NCBI GenBank assembly: GCA_951406725.2
Contig: OX597815.1
Coordinates: 153,574,001-153,638,000 of the forward strand
From: Octopus vulgaris
Lineage: Eukaryota
DNA: 64,000 nt
Reading direction: 5' to 3'
Shown: piece after piece, positions 1 through 12,016 of the stretch
How the letters are laid out: each line of letters opens with the position of its first letter
How positions within the stretch are numbered: position 1 is the first letter of the stretch
Made by a program: the position numbers and the translations under genes
The notes under the pieces: generated by a model
Told to the model about the DNA's origin: nothing
The model's database searches: none
The model's input: only the letters and a program-made list of their open reading frames with translations

Positions 1-3000
1 CATTTCCACAGGTCCTGCTAGTTATTATTTAAGGCAGTAAAGGAAGCAAGTTGGCAGAATATTTATTATGCCATGTGAAATGCTTAGCAGTGTTTCATGT
101 CTTCATGCTCTGAGTTCAAATTCCACTGGGGTCGACTTTACCTTTCATCCCTTCGGGATTAATGAAATAAGTACCAGCTGAGCACTGGGGTCGGTGTAAA
201 CGACTATCCCCACCCCCAAATTTTAGGCCTTGTGCTTATAGTAGAAAGGGTTATTATGATTATTTATCCTTGTAATGTCCTCCTTATCTGATGCCTCTGT
301 GGCAAATAAAAGGAATCGTTATCATCATAATCTATGCACTACAAGGAGAATGAATAGAGTCAACTGCTTAGAGCAACAGCTGGTGAGAGAACAGGTGATT
401 ATATCAATCCTGGTACTTATTTTATTACCTTTAGAAGGAAGAAAGCAAACTCGTCTTTGACATAAACATAACATAAGATCATACTATCTTTCTGTTTCCT
501 AATATTCTTTTCTACTCTAAGCACAAGGCATGAAATTTTGGGGGAGGGGGCAGTTGATTAGACTGACCCCAGTATGCAACTGGTACTTAATTTATCGACA
601 CCAAAAGGATGAAAGGCAAAGTCAACCTAATATTGATACTATGTTTGTTCGATAAAATTCCATAGTTTGCTTATGTAATTCTCTTGTTATTACAAATAAA
701 AAAAAAACTATGGTGTAATTAATATATGGAATTTTGGTTATATTAGATTAGTAACTATGACTTTCATCATATTTCATGTGATCTTCCTTCCATAAATTAA
801 TGATCTTCTCATTATCACTTCTTAGTACACATTCTCTTTATACACAAGAGATCATCCTTTATTCCTACTTAACCTTCTGTACAGAAATAATCTTCACAAC
901 TTACTTCAGACTTGCAGTGTTTTCAAAAAACATCCACCAATAAGGATATGGCAACCTACTGCCTTTCAACTACACCAAGGACAGCCACTACACTTATCAA
1001 AGAAATAATCACACAACACATGCACTGCTCATGAGCAATAGATAGCTACAACTTTTGGTAATTTGAAAAGCCACTACAAGGTCAATCAACCTGCTAAAAT
1101 AGTAGTTAAATCTTTCTGAAATCACACATATTCATCTTCAAGAAGGAAAAATCGCATTAAACCACATAGTTCTAGTGACCCCTAAAATAACAGGATAGTG
1201 ATGGCTGGAATACTTTTTGTTATAGTTCTGCTCAGAGTTCATTTTTGACTAAACAACAACAACAGCAGCAGCCACTGCCGCCACCACCACCATCTATGGC
1301 AAACACACAGGTATAATATTGCCAATATTGCATTCTAAACACAAGGCTTCCTCTTCAGAAAATAAAATACTTCAATCTTGACCAGTTGTTGTATTGTTAT
1401 AAAGCTCATGTGTGATCTAAATTAGAGCATTACTTACATATATGGAACAGTACTGCTATATAAATACAAACTTATACTGCAAAGAAAAACAAATGGTTAT
1501 CTGGTTGGTGTGCAAATATTCTTTCATCTACACCTTACAAGCACTCACCCACACATCCTGTTTTCTTTCTCTCTCAGTCACTTCTGCTGATACTAAAATG
1601 ATTTTTATTCTCTTGAATAGCTTAGCTGCAAACCACTTCTATCTAAATCTACAGAGGGGTATCCAGAAGTCATAACTTGGATCCAGCCCAGCCCCCTTAG
1701 AGTGTAAGGAGATAAGGTCCAAAACACTTGCATAAGGAGGAAGGGCTTCTTCTTCGAAGATCTTCTACTGCTCAGCTTTCCTTAGAGTTCCTTACTACAG
1801 CATCCTACCTACATCTAACCCTATTCAATGCAGCTATCTCTCCTCTACTTAGAATCACCACTGTATCACTTCACCAACTCTCCAAACTAAACATGCTTCT
1901 CAGTTCTTCTTCCCAGATCTGCAGCTTACTGGTTTGTACTGGAGGAAGGGCATGTGTTCATAGTCTTTGCAAGCCTTCAGCTAGTTACTTTGTTCTAAGA
2001 AAATAACAAAGAAAATATTGGGTTTCTTAACAAATTGAAATAACTTTAAACTTACCAGATTTGACTACTTTGTTTTGAAGGTGGGATTAATTTGTTTGAT
2101 TGGGAAAATGGTCTTGCAAATTGGTAAAATAAGATTAAGAGTCTGTGGAAGAGAAGCAATGGCCAAAACCTCTCCCAAACTGGCAAGACAGATGTGGTTA
2201 ATATTCATCTCTGTATGTTACTATTGATCCCAGGTCTACTCTAATCTGGAGTGGTATCCGTCAGGGTTCCAGCTATGGGTTAATTAGCATGGCATGGAAT
2301 TGCATCTGGAAGGTCACTTACAGACACCCTAATAGGCTCTGGGTAGATTAGGTCCTTCAGCTCTTTTGCTGCTAATCTAAGAGAAGGTAACTCTAGACAA
2401 ATCCTGCGCCAGGCCAATACAAGTTTGAAGGATGAGAGAGTAGGACTACTTTGCATAAACTATGCCCACTATAAGTATAAACCTCTGTTGCTTTGTTGGG
2501 TAATTTATTGAGTATTTAAAAAAAAGCTAAGAGTGAAAATAAATTCCCACAAAAAATCCAGAGGGAGGGACCTTAAGTTATATGTACAGTTAACCAATAT
2601 CTAGCATCCCTTGTGGTTTCATGGATACTGCAAACGTATTGTGCTTCCTTCAGGCTGAATCCATGAGTAGTAAGGTGGATCTTGCTTCTGAAAATGACCT
2701 AGGCACAGCAGAGATGGTTAAGTCAATGTCTTTGCAATATAGCCAACCACCAGACATCAGCACCCATAGGGAAAGCATAGATGGAGAGGTAATACCAGAG
2801 CATTGCATTGCAGTTGTAATGAAGAGTTGAAGAGATAAGATATATAGAGAGTGACAAGAGGAGAGATAGCCAAGCCTGGGTGAAGAGGATATGCAACTAG
2901 TCAGTTCAGAAAAGTAGAGGCCATTGTGGTAGCAAAAGAAGAAACTATGTGCTATTGAGCCAGTGGTCATAGCTTGTATCACCAACATGTAGTTTAGTGA

Positions 3001-4066
3001 TACATTTTGAAGCTCTTTCAACATTATGATCATCATTTAACATCTCACTTTTCCATACTTGCATGTGTCAGACAAAATTTGTTGAGGTAGATTTTCTATG
3101 GTTGGATACTCTTCCTACAGCCAACCGTTAACTGTTTCCAAGCAAGGTAATAATTCCTATGATGAGAATATTTTTCACAGAAGGCTATAAATGAACTACA
3201 ATGTTTCTATGAGAGCAATGCTCATTTTCAACCATCACATAATTTCAAGACAAAGGAGCATGCTCACACACATATACACACATGATAGACTTATTTCAAA
3301 TCCAGTCACAAAGCTTTGGTTGATACAGGGCTACAGTAGGAAACACTTTCCCAAGGTACCATGCAGTGGGACTGAACCTAAGATCACATGATTGGTAAGC
3401 AAGCTTCTCAATCATACAGCCATACCATAATATAGAATATACATACATAAAATAATACATGAGGTGTTATATGTTTATTCAATGAAAAATACAAAAGAAA
3501 ATACCAACACAAATGTGACAAAACAGTCATCATTTTTATATTTGCAGTTTAGGATTAATACTTTCTTCAATAATTCGATGGTCATACTTGAAAACAAGTG
3601 TAAGATTTGGCAACATTAATATCATAAAAGAAGAGAAATTTAGACAAATTAGAAATATACTTCATAACCAAATGTTCTATATTACACATCTAAATATGTC
3701 ACAAACTATAGAATAAGGGGTTTAATAGCAATATGTCATTACATAAAAAAAAAAAATTAATGCCTTTTGTGATACTTTTAATATTATTGAAATGTAATAT
3801 CATTAAGTTTAGTTATTTTCACTATTCATATAATGTTGCCTGCAACAGCTATATTGTTGTGTGACACTTGTAACAAGATGTTCTGTATAATTGAAGCAGT
3901 TGATGATATCACATTCTGTAAAATTTTATATTCTAGAGGTAAAGCTATCACAAACTATAGTTCTATATTCACAGCTATTGATATCACATTACATACAACA
4001 GGAAATTTCACATGAACATCAAAACATATCACATACTTTTATTTTTCCTGAAATAAACATATTGTG

Positions 4067-4108
<42 letters not shown>

Positions 4109-5669
4109 GTTATGTTTATTTAATGTTTTTATTCTGATTTATATACAAATTACACTGATATGCTTTGTAAGAACTTAACAAATTTTGTTCCAACATTTCC
4201 AAGTATCAGTTCTTGAAGAACCAAAAAAGGTTTTCAAATAAATAAAATAAATAAATCATAGATAATTGTTATATCACCAATAAATACAACAACACTTTTT
4301 GATTGAGAGAAATGTAATTTCCAATAGCTGTAGAAAAAATACTTGAACACTTCGTCTTCTTTTCAAGTTATATCCATGTCAGAAATGTTCAAACTTAAGA
4401 ATTAACTAGTTGAAATTACAATTAAATATGAACAAAAAGCCCCTCAAACATGTGAGTAGACTCTCCATTTCTGAAAAGCGAAATTCAGAAAATACAATAA
4501 TTCTGTAAACAATGAGATTCCATCTAAAATAAAGTGTGTATATAATATAATGTATGTAACGTTCCAACTCAAGTACATTTGAGGAACTGTGTATGATATC
4601 ACAAAATTATACATCCTTACTCACTGATCCCACCTAGCAACATACACATCATATATTCACTTCTCTGAAACACAGAGTTCTCTCACCTTTTCATATTACA
4701 TTATTATTCTTTCCTTAATTTTCACACTTTGCACTAAAACAATCCTTTCACCCCTAGAAGTGTACCCATCCACCCCTGTAACTCTCTTGTTGATCATATT
4801 TTCCTCCTAAGTAACCAGATCAATCTTACTCAGCCATGTGTATTTTCTAATCAGGGAGGACATAAAGACTACAAGAATCAGTCTACTTTATCAGACTAAC
4901 TAGTAAATAAAACATATCATTTAAACAACATAGACGTATTATAACGCACAAGTCAGCAGTAAATTTTTCAAAAATACATTGAAAGTGTCAAATTCTGTGA
5001 GTTGATGAAAACATTTACCTAAGTAGATTCCCACCTACCAAAAAAAAAATGAATAAATATCTTCCTATGAACAACTATGGATGATTTAATACAAAGATAA
5101 GACATCAGCATAACAATATCAACACAAAAAAAGAAGACAACTATCTTTGAAAACAATTTCTGTTTAAAAAATCATATGTCAAAGATATGTTGTCGTTATT
5201 CAGGAGCATGAGATAGGAATTAAGGTACTAAAGAGAGAGAGAGAGAGAGAGATAAAAGTACCTTAAAACCACTGAGGTGTAATAAACAAAAATGTTTGAT
5301 TCAGTAAAATTTATGTAGAGAATATAGCTCACAACATCAGTTGATCTCTAGCAGGATCATTTCCAAAATGTATATTTTTATAAAACATCATGATGTAAGA
5401 AAAATAGATGAGAAGTAACCCTGATGGAAATACAGAAAAATACAAATGGCAACGTATTTTGCATTTAAAAATGCTGATAAAATATGTCAATTAAACTTCC
5501 ATCAAGTACATTCTCAGGAATACCATAGACTTAAGGGAACTGGTACCTTATTATTTCTGAAAGACTAAATTAAACAATATTAAAAGAACACTCAAATATA
5601 TCTGGTGGAGAGCTTAAAATGTTAGTGGTGTTACTTATGTGTAATTTCTTCTTACAGTGGTGTTTATGA

Positions 5670-5714
<45 letters not shown>

Positions 5715-6842
5715 TATATATACATACATATATACACACACACATATATATATATATTCCTTTTGTTGTATTATTTATAGTTTTATGCATATTCCTTTAC
5801 CTGTTGTTGTTGTTACCATTTAAAACAGGAAAAACCACAACTTAAGGTAAATTACTAAATACATAAATCACAGTGGAATATTTTTATTTATCCAATAAAG
5901 GATTCTTTCAGGATCAATTCACTTTCCTTCTTTTTAAGAATTTGTCTGAGAACTGTTAATGAATTCTTAAAAATGAAGGAAAGAAAGAAGGAAACAGAAT
6001 TCATTCCTGTAAATGTCTTTAACTTAATTACTGAAAATATATCTGCCACCAATTAATTTACTTGATGAAAGGAATCTCCATTCAGCAATAATGCTAAAGG
6101 AAATATGATTAGAAAAGTATTTACAAAGTTAATCCACCAGCAAAATAGTGTAAATATGCACAACTTGTTTGAACTACAGCAACAAAAGATCCCTGACTAT
6201 TTCCTTTTAAATTACTGAACTCATATAAATAGGATGCTGAAGATAATTAACCTGCATCTCATATAACATACATCATAAACAAAAGTTTCTATTTTTTAAA
6301 AATGTACTCTTGAGGAGAAATTATGTACAGCAACTTGTTCAATTAAATTGATTAATTTCTAAGTATACTAAATTAAATTTATGTTTAGAAAAAGAAAGTT
6401 TCATTAACAAGAAATTATTAACACTCACTTTACATGGGAGATTTGAAATATGCACAACTTTTTTAAAAGTAATTTTAACAAATATTTATGGAGATGAGAT
6501 GACAACCAAGTTATCTTTTCTTCCTCTTCTTTTTTTCTTTTTTTTTACCTAGCCAGCTTGGTGAACAGTTTGAACAAGAACAATATGATCTGAGGAAGAG
6601 ACACATACATGTGCATGTAGACTCAGGAATACATTCATAAGTCCAAGAGCATTGTAGACTTTTGGTCATTTTGCTGAAAAAGCATGCAAACTTAAAAATA
6701 CATACACGTGGAATGTAGAAATTAAAATCAACTTATACCTTTTAAATTATTGAATTATTACAATTTAGTGAGGATATATCTAGCAAGCTCAACTATTATA
6801 TAAAATTTTGATTATTCTCTTTATAATTTGTAAATGAATTGT

Positions 6843-8357
6843 TCAGCGAATGACTCGGTTTGAATTAGGATACCGTGGATTTTCAATTACTCCTTCTCCA
6901 AATTTAAATTCTAAGAATTCCCTAACATTATTTGGAGCAGATGCCATTGAACCAGCAAATGGAACCTTTGTTAAAGGATTTAGATATTTTTCAGGAAACT
7001 CTGTATCTTGTCTGTGTCCTGGTATCCAGGTATCCTTTGTCATTGTAGAATTTTTAGAATAAAATGGGAAAATATCAACGTGCATATGATTTGAGCTGCT
7101 GTACTGAACTCTGAAAAAATCTCCTTCTGTAGCTTTTTCCCAGAGAAAACCTTCAGGGTCAACAAACTTTTCTTTTTCACATTCAACAAGTGGCTGGCAT
7201 TTGCCAATATCTTCTTTGTAGATTCCAATGTCAACATCATAATCCCATGGAATGATATCACCACTTCGTGCTGCTCCTAACAAACTTCCTCCTTCTAGCC
7301 AGTAACGTACCTTACAGTCCTCCAGAATCTGAAAAACATGTCTTGAAGTGGTTCGAACAGCTTCTAAACAACATGGAGGTGTCCATTTGCCTTCATAAAT
7401 ATATTCAGGCATATCGCTAACTACTGTTCCAAAACATCGGGTAGTTTCTTTGGTACAACCATACCACATTACATGCCCATCTCCTGGAAGAACTACTTTC
7501 TTGATACGAAGTTGTTTGTAAAGATTTTTTAGACGCACAGCTACCTGTTTCTTGTGTTTCCATTTTTTGTGAGGGTCACTAAATAAATTAGGGTTGCCAA
7601 CAAATATAGAGTCTTTGAAAATAATACTTTTCCAATCTCTTAAAGCAGCTTGGATATAAAAGCCTGTTGTCATAGGTTGTAGGAATGAGAATGGGAACTC
7701 AAGGAATTTATCTGAACGTGTTAATATTGCATGCTCTCCAGACACAGCATCACATTCTTGGAATAAACCAGTGTTTTCATATGTTAGTGTCCAGCGTCTC
7801 AAATCTACATGGAGATTCAGACAACTAGAATGGTCTCGGCCAGTTACCAAGGCAACAGAAGACAAGTATGAATGTTGCTTTAAATAATTAAAAGCAGACA
7901 ACAAGCTATGTGGATCGACTAGTTTGACGGCATCTGGAATAATTAGCAAAAAAGGGGTTTTAATATATGTATGGGGGAGAGATGAAGACCATGACTGTTC
8001 AGCACTTGGATGCAAAACTACAAGTCTAGCATTGGGGACTTCATTTAGTAAAAGAGGTGGATATGGTTGATGGTCAGTAAAAACTAAGACTTGTAGGTCA
8101 GGTATAATTCCTAAGATTCCCTTCAACGTAGCTACAACATAATTTTCAAAATCCTCAAATTCTCGAATGATTAATGTTACTGAATCTGTAAATTCAGCAT
8201 ATTGGACTTTTTCAACTTTATTTTTGTATTGTACTTGTGGTCGTCCATATTGCAAATCATTTTGAACTTTAAGAAGATAAAGCAAAATAACAATGTTCAC
8301 AAGTAATCCAATAAAAAGAAGTATCTGACAGCGAGTTAGCAGGCATATTGCTCTCAT
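6843..8357 (-). CDS. FKRP: Fukutin-related protein (ribitol-5-phosphate transferase, LicD family), 504 aa, coding region in one exon
   Basis: N-terminal TM segment (ILLFIGLLVNIVILLYLL), zinc-site Cys cluster YGCTKETTRCFG...WTPPCCL, LicD motifs YWLEGGSLLGAAR and IIPWDYDVDIGI, HVDIFPF. First ATG at 8357 (the ORF-track start at 8387 is non-ATG). Strong acceptor (ttttattttgcag) at 8418-8419 implies an upstream non-coding exon. Confidence 0.95.
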   Translation of the reverse strand: MRAICLLTRCQILLFIGLLVNIVILLYLLKVQNDLQYGRPQVQYKNKVEKVQYAEFTDSVTLIIREFEDFENYVVATLKGILGIIPDLQVLVFTDHQPYPPLLLNEVPNARLVVLHPSAEQSWSSSLPHTYIKTPFLLIIPDAVKLVDPHSLLSAFNYLKQHSYLSSVALVTGRDHSSCLNLHVDLRRWTLTYENTGLFQECDAVSGEHAILTRSDKFLEFPFSFLQPMTTGFYIQAALRDWKSIIFKDSIFVGNPNLFSDPHKKWKHKKQVAVRLKNLYKQLRIKKVVLPGDGHVMWYGCTKETTRCFGTVVSDMPEYIYEGKWTPPCCLEAVRTTSRHVFQILEDCKVRYWLEGGSLLGAARSGDIIPWDYDVDIGIYKEDIGKCQPLVECEKEKFVDPEGFLWEKATEGDFFRVQYSSSNHMHVDIFPFYSKNSTMTKDTWIPGHRQDTEFPEKYLNPLTKVPFAGSMASAPNNVREFLEFKFGEGVIENPRYPNSNRVIR

Positions 8358-8965
8358 AGCGTTGTCTCCAGCAAAATTTTTTTGCACAACTTTCCTGAGG
8401 CAGGCTTTTATGATTCACTGCAAAATAAAAATAATAAAGGTTTAAAACTTGGAATTGCATTTATTGCTATGTTAGATATTATTATATCTATTCTCAAATA
8501 TGTAAACATATCAAAATTAGCTGATGTACCAATCATTCGCTCTCTGTATTTATCTACCCCTCACTCCCATCCTCTCTCATGCCAGTGCCATGATAAAATG
8601 CATTCAGTACATTTTGTTAACTGAGGGGTCAAGAGGTTTGTCACAGCCATGGCAAATCCGTACTATGTGCAAAATGTATCCAAAATATTCTGTAAAGTGG
8701 CTGGTGTTAGGAAGGACATCCAACTATAGAAACCAATCTGAAAAAAGAAACTAATGAGCAAGATGTGATCCGTTGATCTATCTAGGAATGCAGCAATTAC
8801 CTGTCCAACCTATACCAGCATGAAAAGCAGGTGTGAAAAGATGATGATGAAAATTTAATCTACTAGACACATGGTTCCAGGATCAGTCCAATTGCGTGGC
8901 ACCTTGGGCAAGTGTCTTATACTACAACCTTGGGTTGACCAAAGCCTTCTGAGTGGATTATATAT

Positions 8966-8993
<28 letters not shown>

Positions 8994-8996
<3 letters not shown>

Positions 8997-9795
8997 ACTT
9001 AATAAATAAAATATATGCATACATACATATATATATGTATGTACCTACATCTACATGTATATATACATGCATATATATATATATATATATATAAATGAGT
9101 ACAGGACACCACAAATAGACGTAGAACTCAACAAGAAACAAAAACATAAAAACAAACATGGAAACAGACTTTTTTTAACAACGAAAAAACAGAGTACAAG
9201 ACAAACAATACAAGGAATATCCCCTTCATCAGCTGTCCCTGGTTTGACTCCATGCGTGTTTCGAAGGTAAGGACAGAACACGACCCGTTGAACCAGTCCT
9301 TCCAGCAAAAGAATTAAATAAAATTCCTTTGCAGAGGGGTATAAACAAGGAAAGAAAAAAATGTGACAAGAACAGGACGTAAAAGCAATACAAATACAAA
9401 ATAAAATAAAAATACAGTACACATAAAGAATAAAAACAGGACAAGGAAGCCAACATTGAGGACCATTTTTTAAGCCTAGACGATGGAAAAATTCAGAGCG
9501 CAAGAAAAATGTGTTGACCTGTAGAAGGCTGCGGGCGAAAGGAAGCTGGTCGACTCAGCAGTGAGAGAGAGAGAGAGAGATAGAGAATAAAGGAAACCAG
9601 AAAGGGTGAAAAATAAGAAGGATAGAGACAGGCAAAGAGGAAGACAAACAGGAAGGAAGGAAAGGTCAAGCAAAGGGTTACAGAGTTTTGCGTCATAATT
9701 ATATATATAAAAACTTACTTGGGAAAAGAAAAGAAACAAAACGACGCGAGGGCGCTCAGTCATACAATAACTTACTTTTCTCCAAGTAAGTTTTT
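8994..9795 (-). mobile_element. Non-coding ~0.78-kb retroelement unit (Penelope pLTR/retrozyme-like) carrying the family-1 ribozyme motif
   Basis: Homologous to rearranged copies at ~45010-45890; 8-nt terminal redundancy ataactta; short terminal inversion; CpGs retained relative to flanks. Confidence 0.65.
9221..9282 (-). ncRNA. Hammerhead-like ribozyme motif with permuted strand order (family 1)
   Basis: Minus strand: cgtg-TT-ctgtcc-tta-cct-tc-GAAA-cacg-N16-ggacag-CTGATGA-agg. Helices cgtg/cacg, ctgtcc/ggacag, agg/cct. Confidence 0.6.
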
Positions 9796-10335
9796 ATATA
9801 TATATATATATATATACACAAGTATATACGAGCAAAACGCCCCCCCCCCCCATCCAATGGACGGTGCTGAGTTGTCAAACATTTAAACCAAATTTTCTCA
9901 AAACAACTTGTCTGACCATCCCATAGGCCTCCCCTTTAGGAAACACTGATTTAACCTAAATTTGAGACACCAGCAAAAGAAGAAATAAAGATAGACTTTT
10001 TCTCTATTCCAAAGAAAAACGATTTTATTCACACAAATATGCAACCAAATTTAAATTACCAGTAATGATAAGGCTGTTGACTGGGAGAACACAAACATAG
10101 TTTAAACAGTAAGCTTGGCAGGAAAGAAATGTTTTCCTATCATTAAAAAATAATTAAGCATGCCTTTATTTCAATAAAATTTTTGGTTTTGTTAAACGAA
10201 GTTAAGGCAAAAAAAAACTTCTTGAGAAACCAAATAGTCTTTCCTTCTTTCATGCCAAGTTTGAAGAAAATATCTCTTTTGTATCTTACTTTTTTGGTCT
10301 CTTAAATATACTACATTTTGTGACATTATTTCAAG

Positions 10336-10615
10336 CTAGCCGGCTTTTTTTGCACAAACTGCACGTGCATTTTTCTCACGCACATGTAGTATCGATCACA
10401 ACAGCTGATGTACTTGCACGTACAAATGCACATTCCCACAGCTTTATCAATCACATTCTCACCTGGAATTGATTTTCGTAATTTTTTCAAAACTTATACA
10501 TGCCCTGATACCGTCGGTATCTACATATCAAATTTGAGCGCAATTGGATGGAGGATGCCTGAGATCCTAGAAGACACACACACACAGACAGACAGAATGG
10601 ATTTTATATAATAGA
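10336..10615 (-). mobile_element. Short non-autonomous Helitron-like element
   Basis: 5' TC at 10615, subterminal hairpin tgcac...gtgca, 3' CTAG at 10336; 5' region similar to 18490-18590. Confidence 0.55.
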
Positions 10616-11454
10616 TTTATGTGTGTGTCTTTATATCTCTGTTTTTCTCCCCCGCCATCAGTTGCCAACTGATGGTGGTGTGTTTACATCCCCATAACTT
10701 AGTGGTTTGGCAAAAGATATTGATAGAATAAGTACTAGGCTTACAAAGAATAAATTCTAGGATCGATTTCTTTGACTGAAAAACCTTTAAAGTGGTGCTC
10801 CAGCATGGCCACAGTCAAATGACTGAAACAAGTAAAAGAATATCTGTTAAAGATAATTTCACATTCTAAAAAGCGTCAATATTTCTTTTTCCAACAAATA
10901 TTATGTAGGCTGTGTAAAGTTTGTCATACCAGTTATCCACTTGTTGACAGTTATTGGCAAAGTAACAAATACTTGCACATATCATGTTGCTTCAATGAGT
11001 TGTTTGCAGATTTCATGAATTGTTGCACAGTTCTGACATATGTGATTGATCTTGATTGTTATAGATTAAAATTCAGTGTGTTACCATTTGGTTGTATTTG
11101 ATGCCTGGCTGACACAAATCTGTCTACCACAGTGGCATTCCAAACTTCTTATATTGAAAACTAGAGAACTGATGGTACAAGCTATGATATAATTTTTAAC
11201 AAAGGTTCAGTTGATAATGTGTTGTGTAGTTACAAGTTTGATTCACATTACATGGGTTCTGGGTTCTATTCTACAGCATGGTACCTTGAACAATTCTACT
11301 GTAGCTTGTGAATGAATGGAAAGTATGCAGAAACTCTTCATGTGTGTGTCCGTGTCCTATATATATATATATATACACATTTATATACATGAAAAGATTG
11401 ATGAGAAGGACATCCAATTATATAAAGCATATCTATTTAAAAAAAATATGGACA

Positions 11455-11690
11455 TAGGAGTACAGTGATAAATTTAGCGTACATGTAGGTGTTCACTAGG
11501 GCTTGTTTCTCACTGCCCTCCTATTCATCAGCATCCTCCAGGCCATAACAGATGAATTTAAGACTGGCTGCCCCTGAGAACTACTATATGCTGATGATTT
11601 CACTCTCATAGCAGAATCTGTAAAATTTGTAACAGAATTTGAAAAAAAAAAATCTAGGTATGGAAGTAAAACCTGGAACCTTTAGTCGAG
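11455..11690 (+). mobile_element. Degenerate RTE-type RT fragment
   Basis: 11581 onward reads LLYADDFTLIAES (YADD motif) with flanking stops and frameshifts. Confidence 0.65.
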
Positions 11691-12016
11691 CAAATCAACC
11701 CCAGAACTTATTCTTTGTAAACCTAGTACTTATTCTATCGGTCTCTTTTGCCGAACCGCTAAGTTACGGGGACGCAAACACACCAGTATCGGTTGTCAAG
11801 CGATGTTGGGGGAACAAACACACACACATATACATATATATATATATATATACGACGGGCTTCTTTCAGTTTCTGTCTACCAAATCCACTCACAAGGCTT
11901 TGGTCGGCCCGAGGCTATAGTAGAAGACACTTGCCCAAGGCGCCACGCTGTGGGACTGAACCCAGAACCATGTGGTTGGTAAGCAAGCTACTTACCACAC
12001 AGCCACTCGTACGCCT
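11686..12016 (-). mobile_element. Family-B SINE copy (partial copies also at ~3290-3425, 8868-8960, 10620-10840, 43335-43450)
   Basis: Shared gacacttgcccaagg...gggactgaaccc sequence. Confidence 0.8.

Noticed and set aside
2621-3036. Overlapping 69-aa and 128-aa ORFs
   Set aside because: No motif or splice support; likely decayed repeat sequence.
5221-5264. 9-bp inverted repeat flanking a (GA)n tract in the probable FKRP 3' UTR
   Set aside because: Short stem with a low-complexity loop; expected by chance.
8358-8387. N-terminal extension MQKNFAGDNA of FKRP in the ORF track
   Set aside because: Begins at a non-ATG codon; ATG at 8357 gives the expected short tail before the TM helix.
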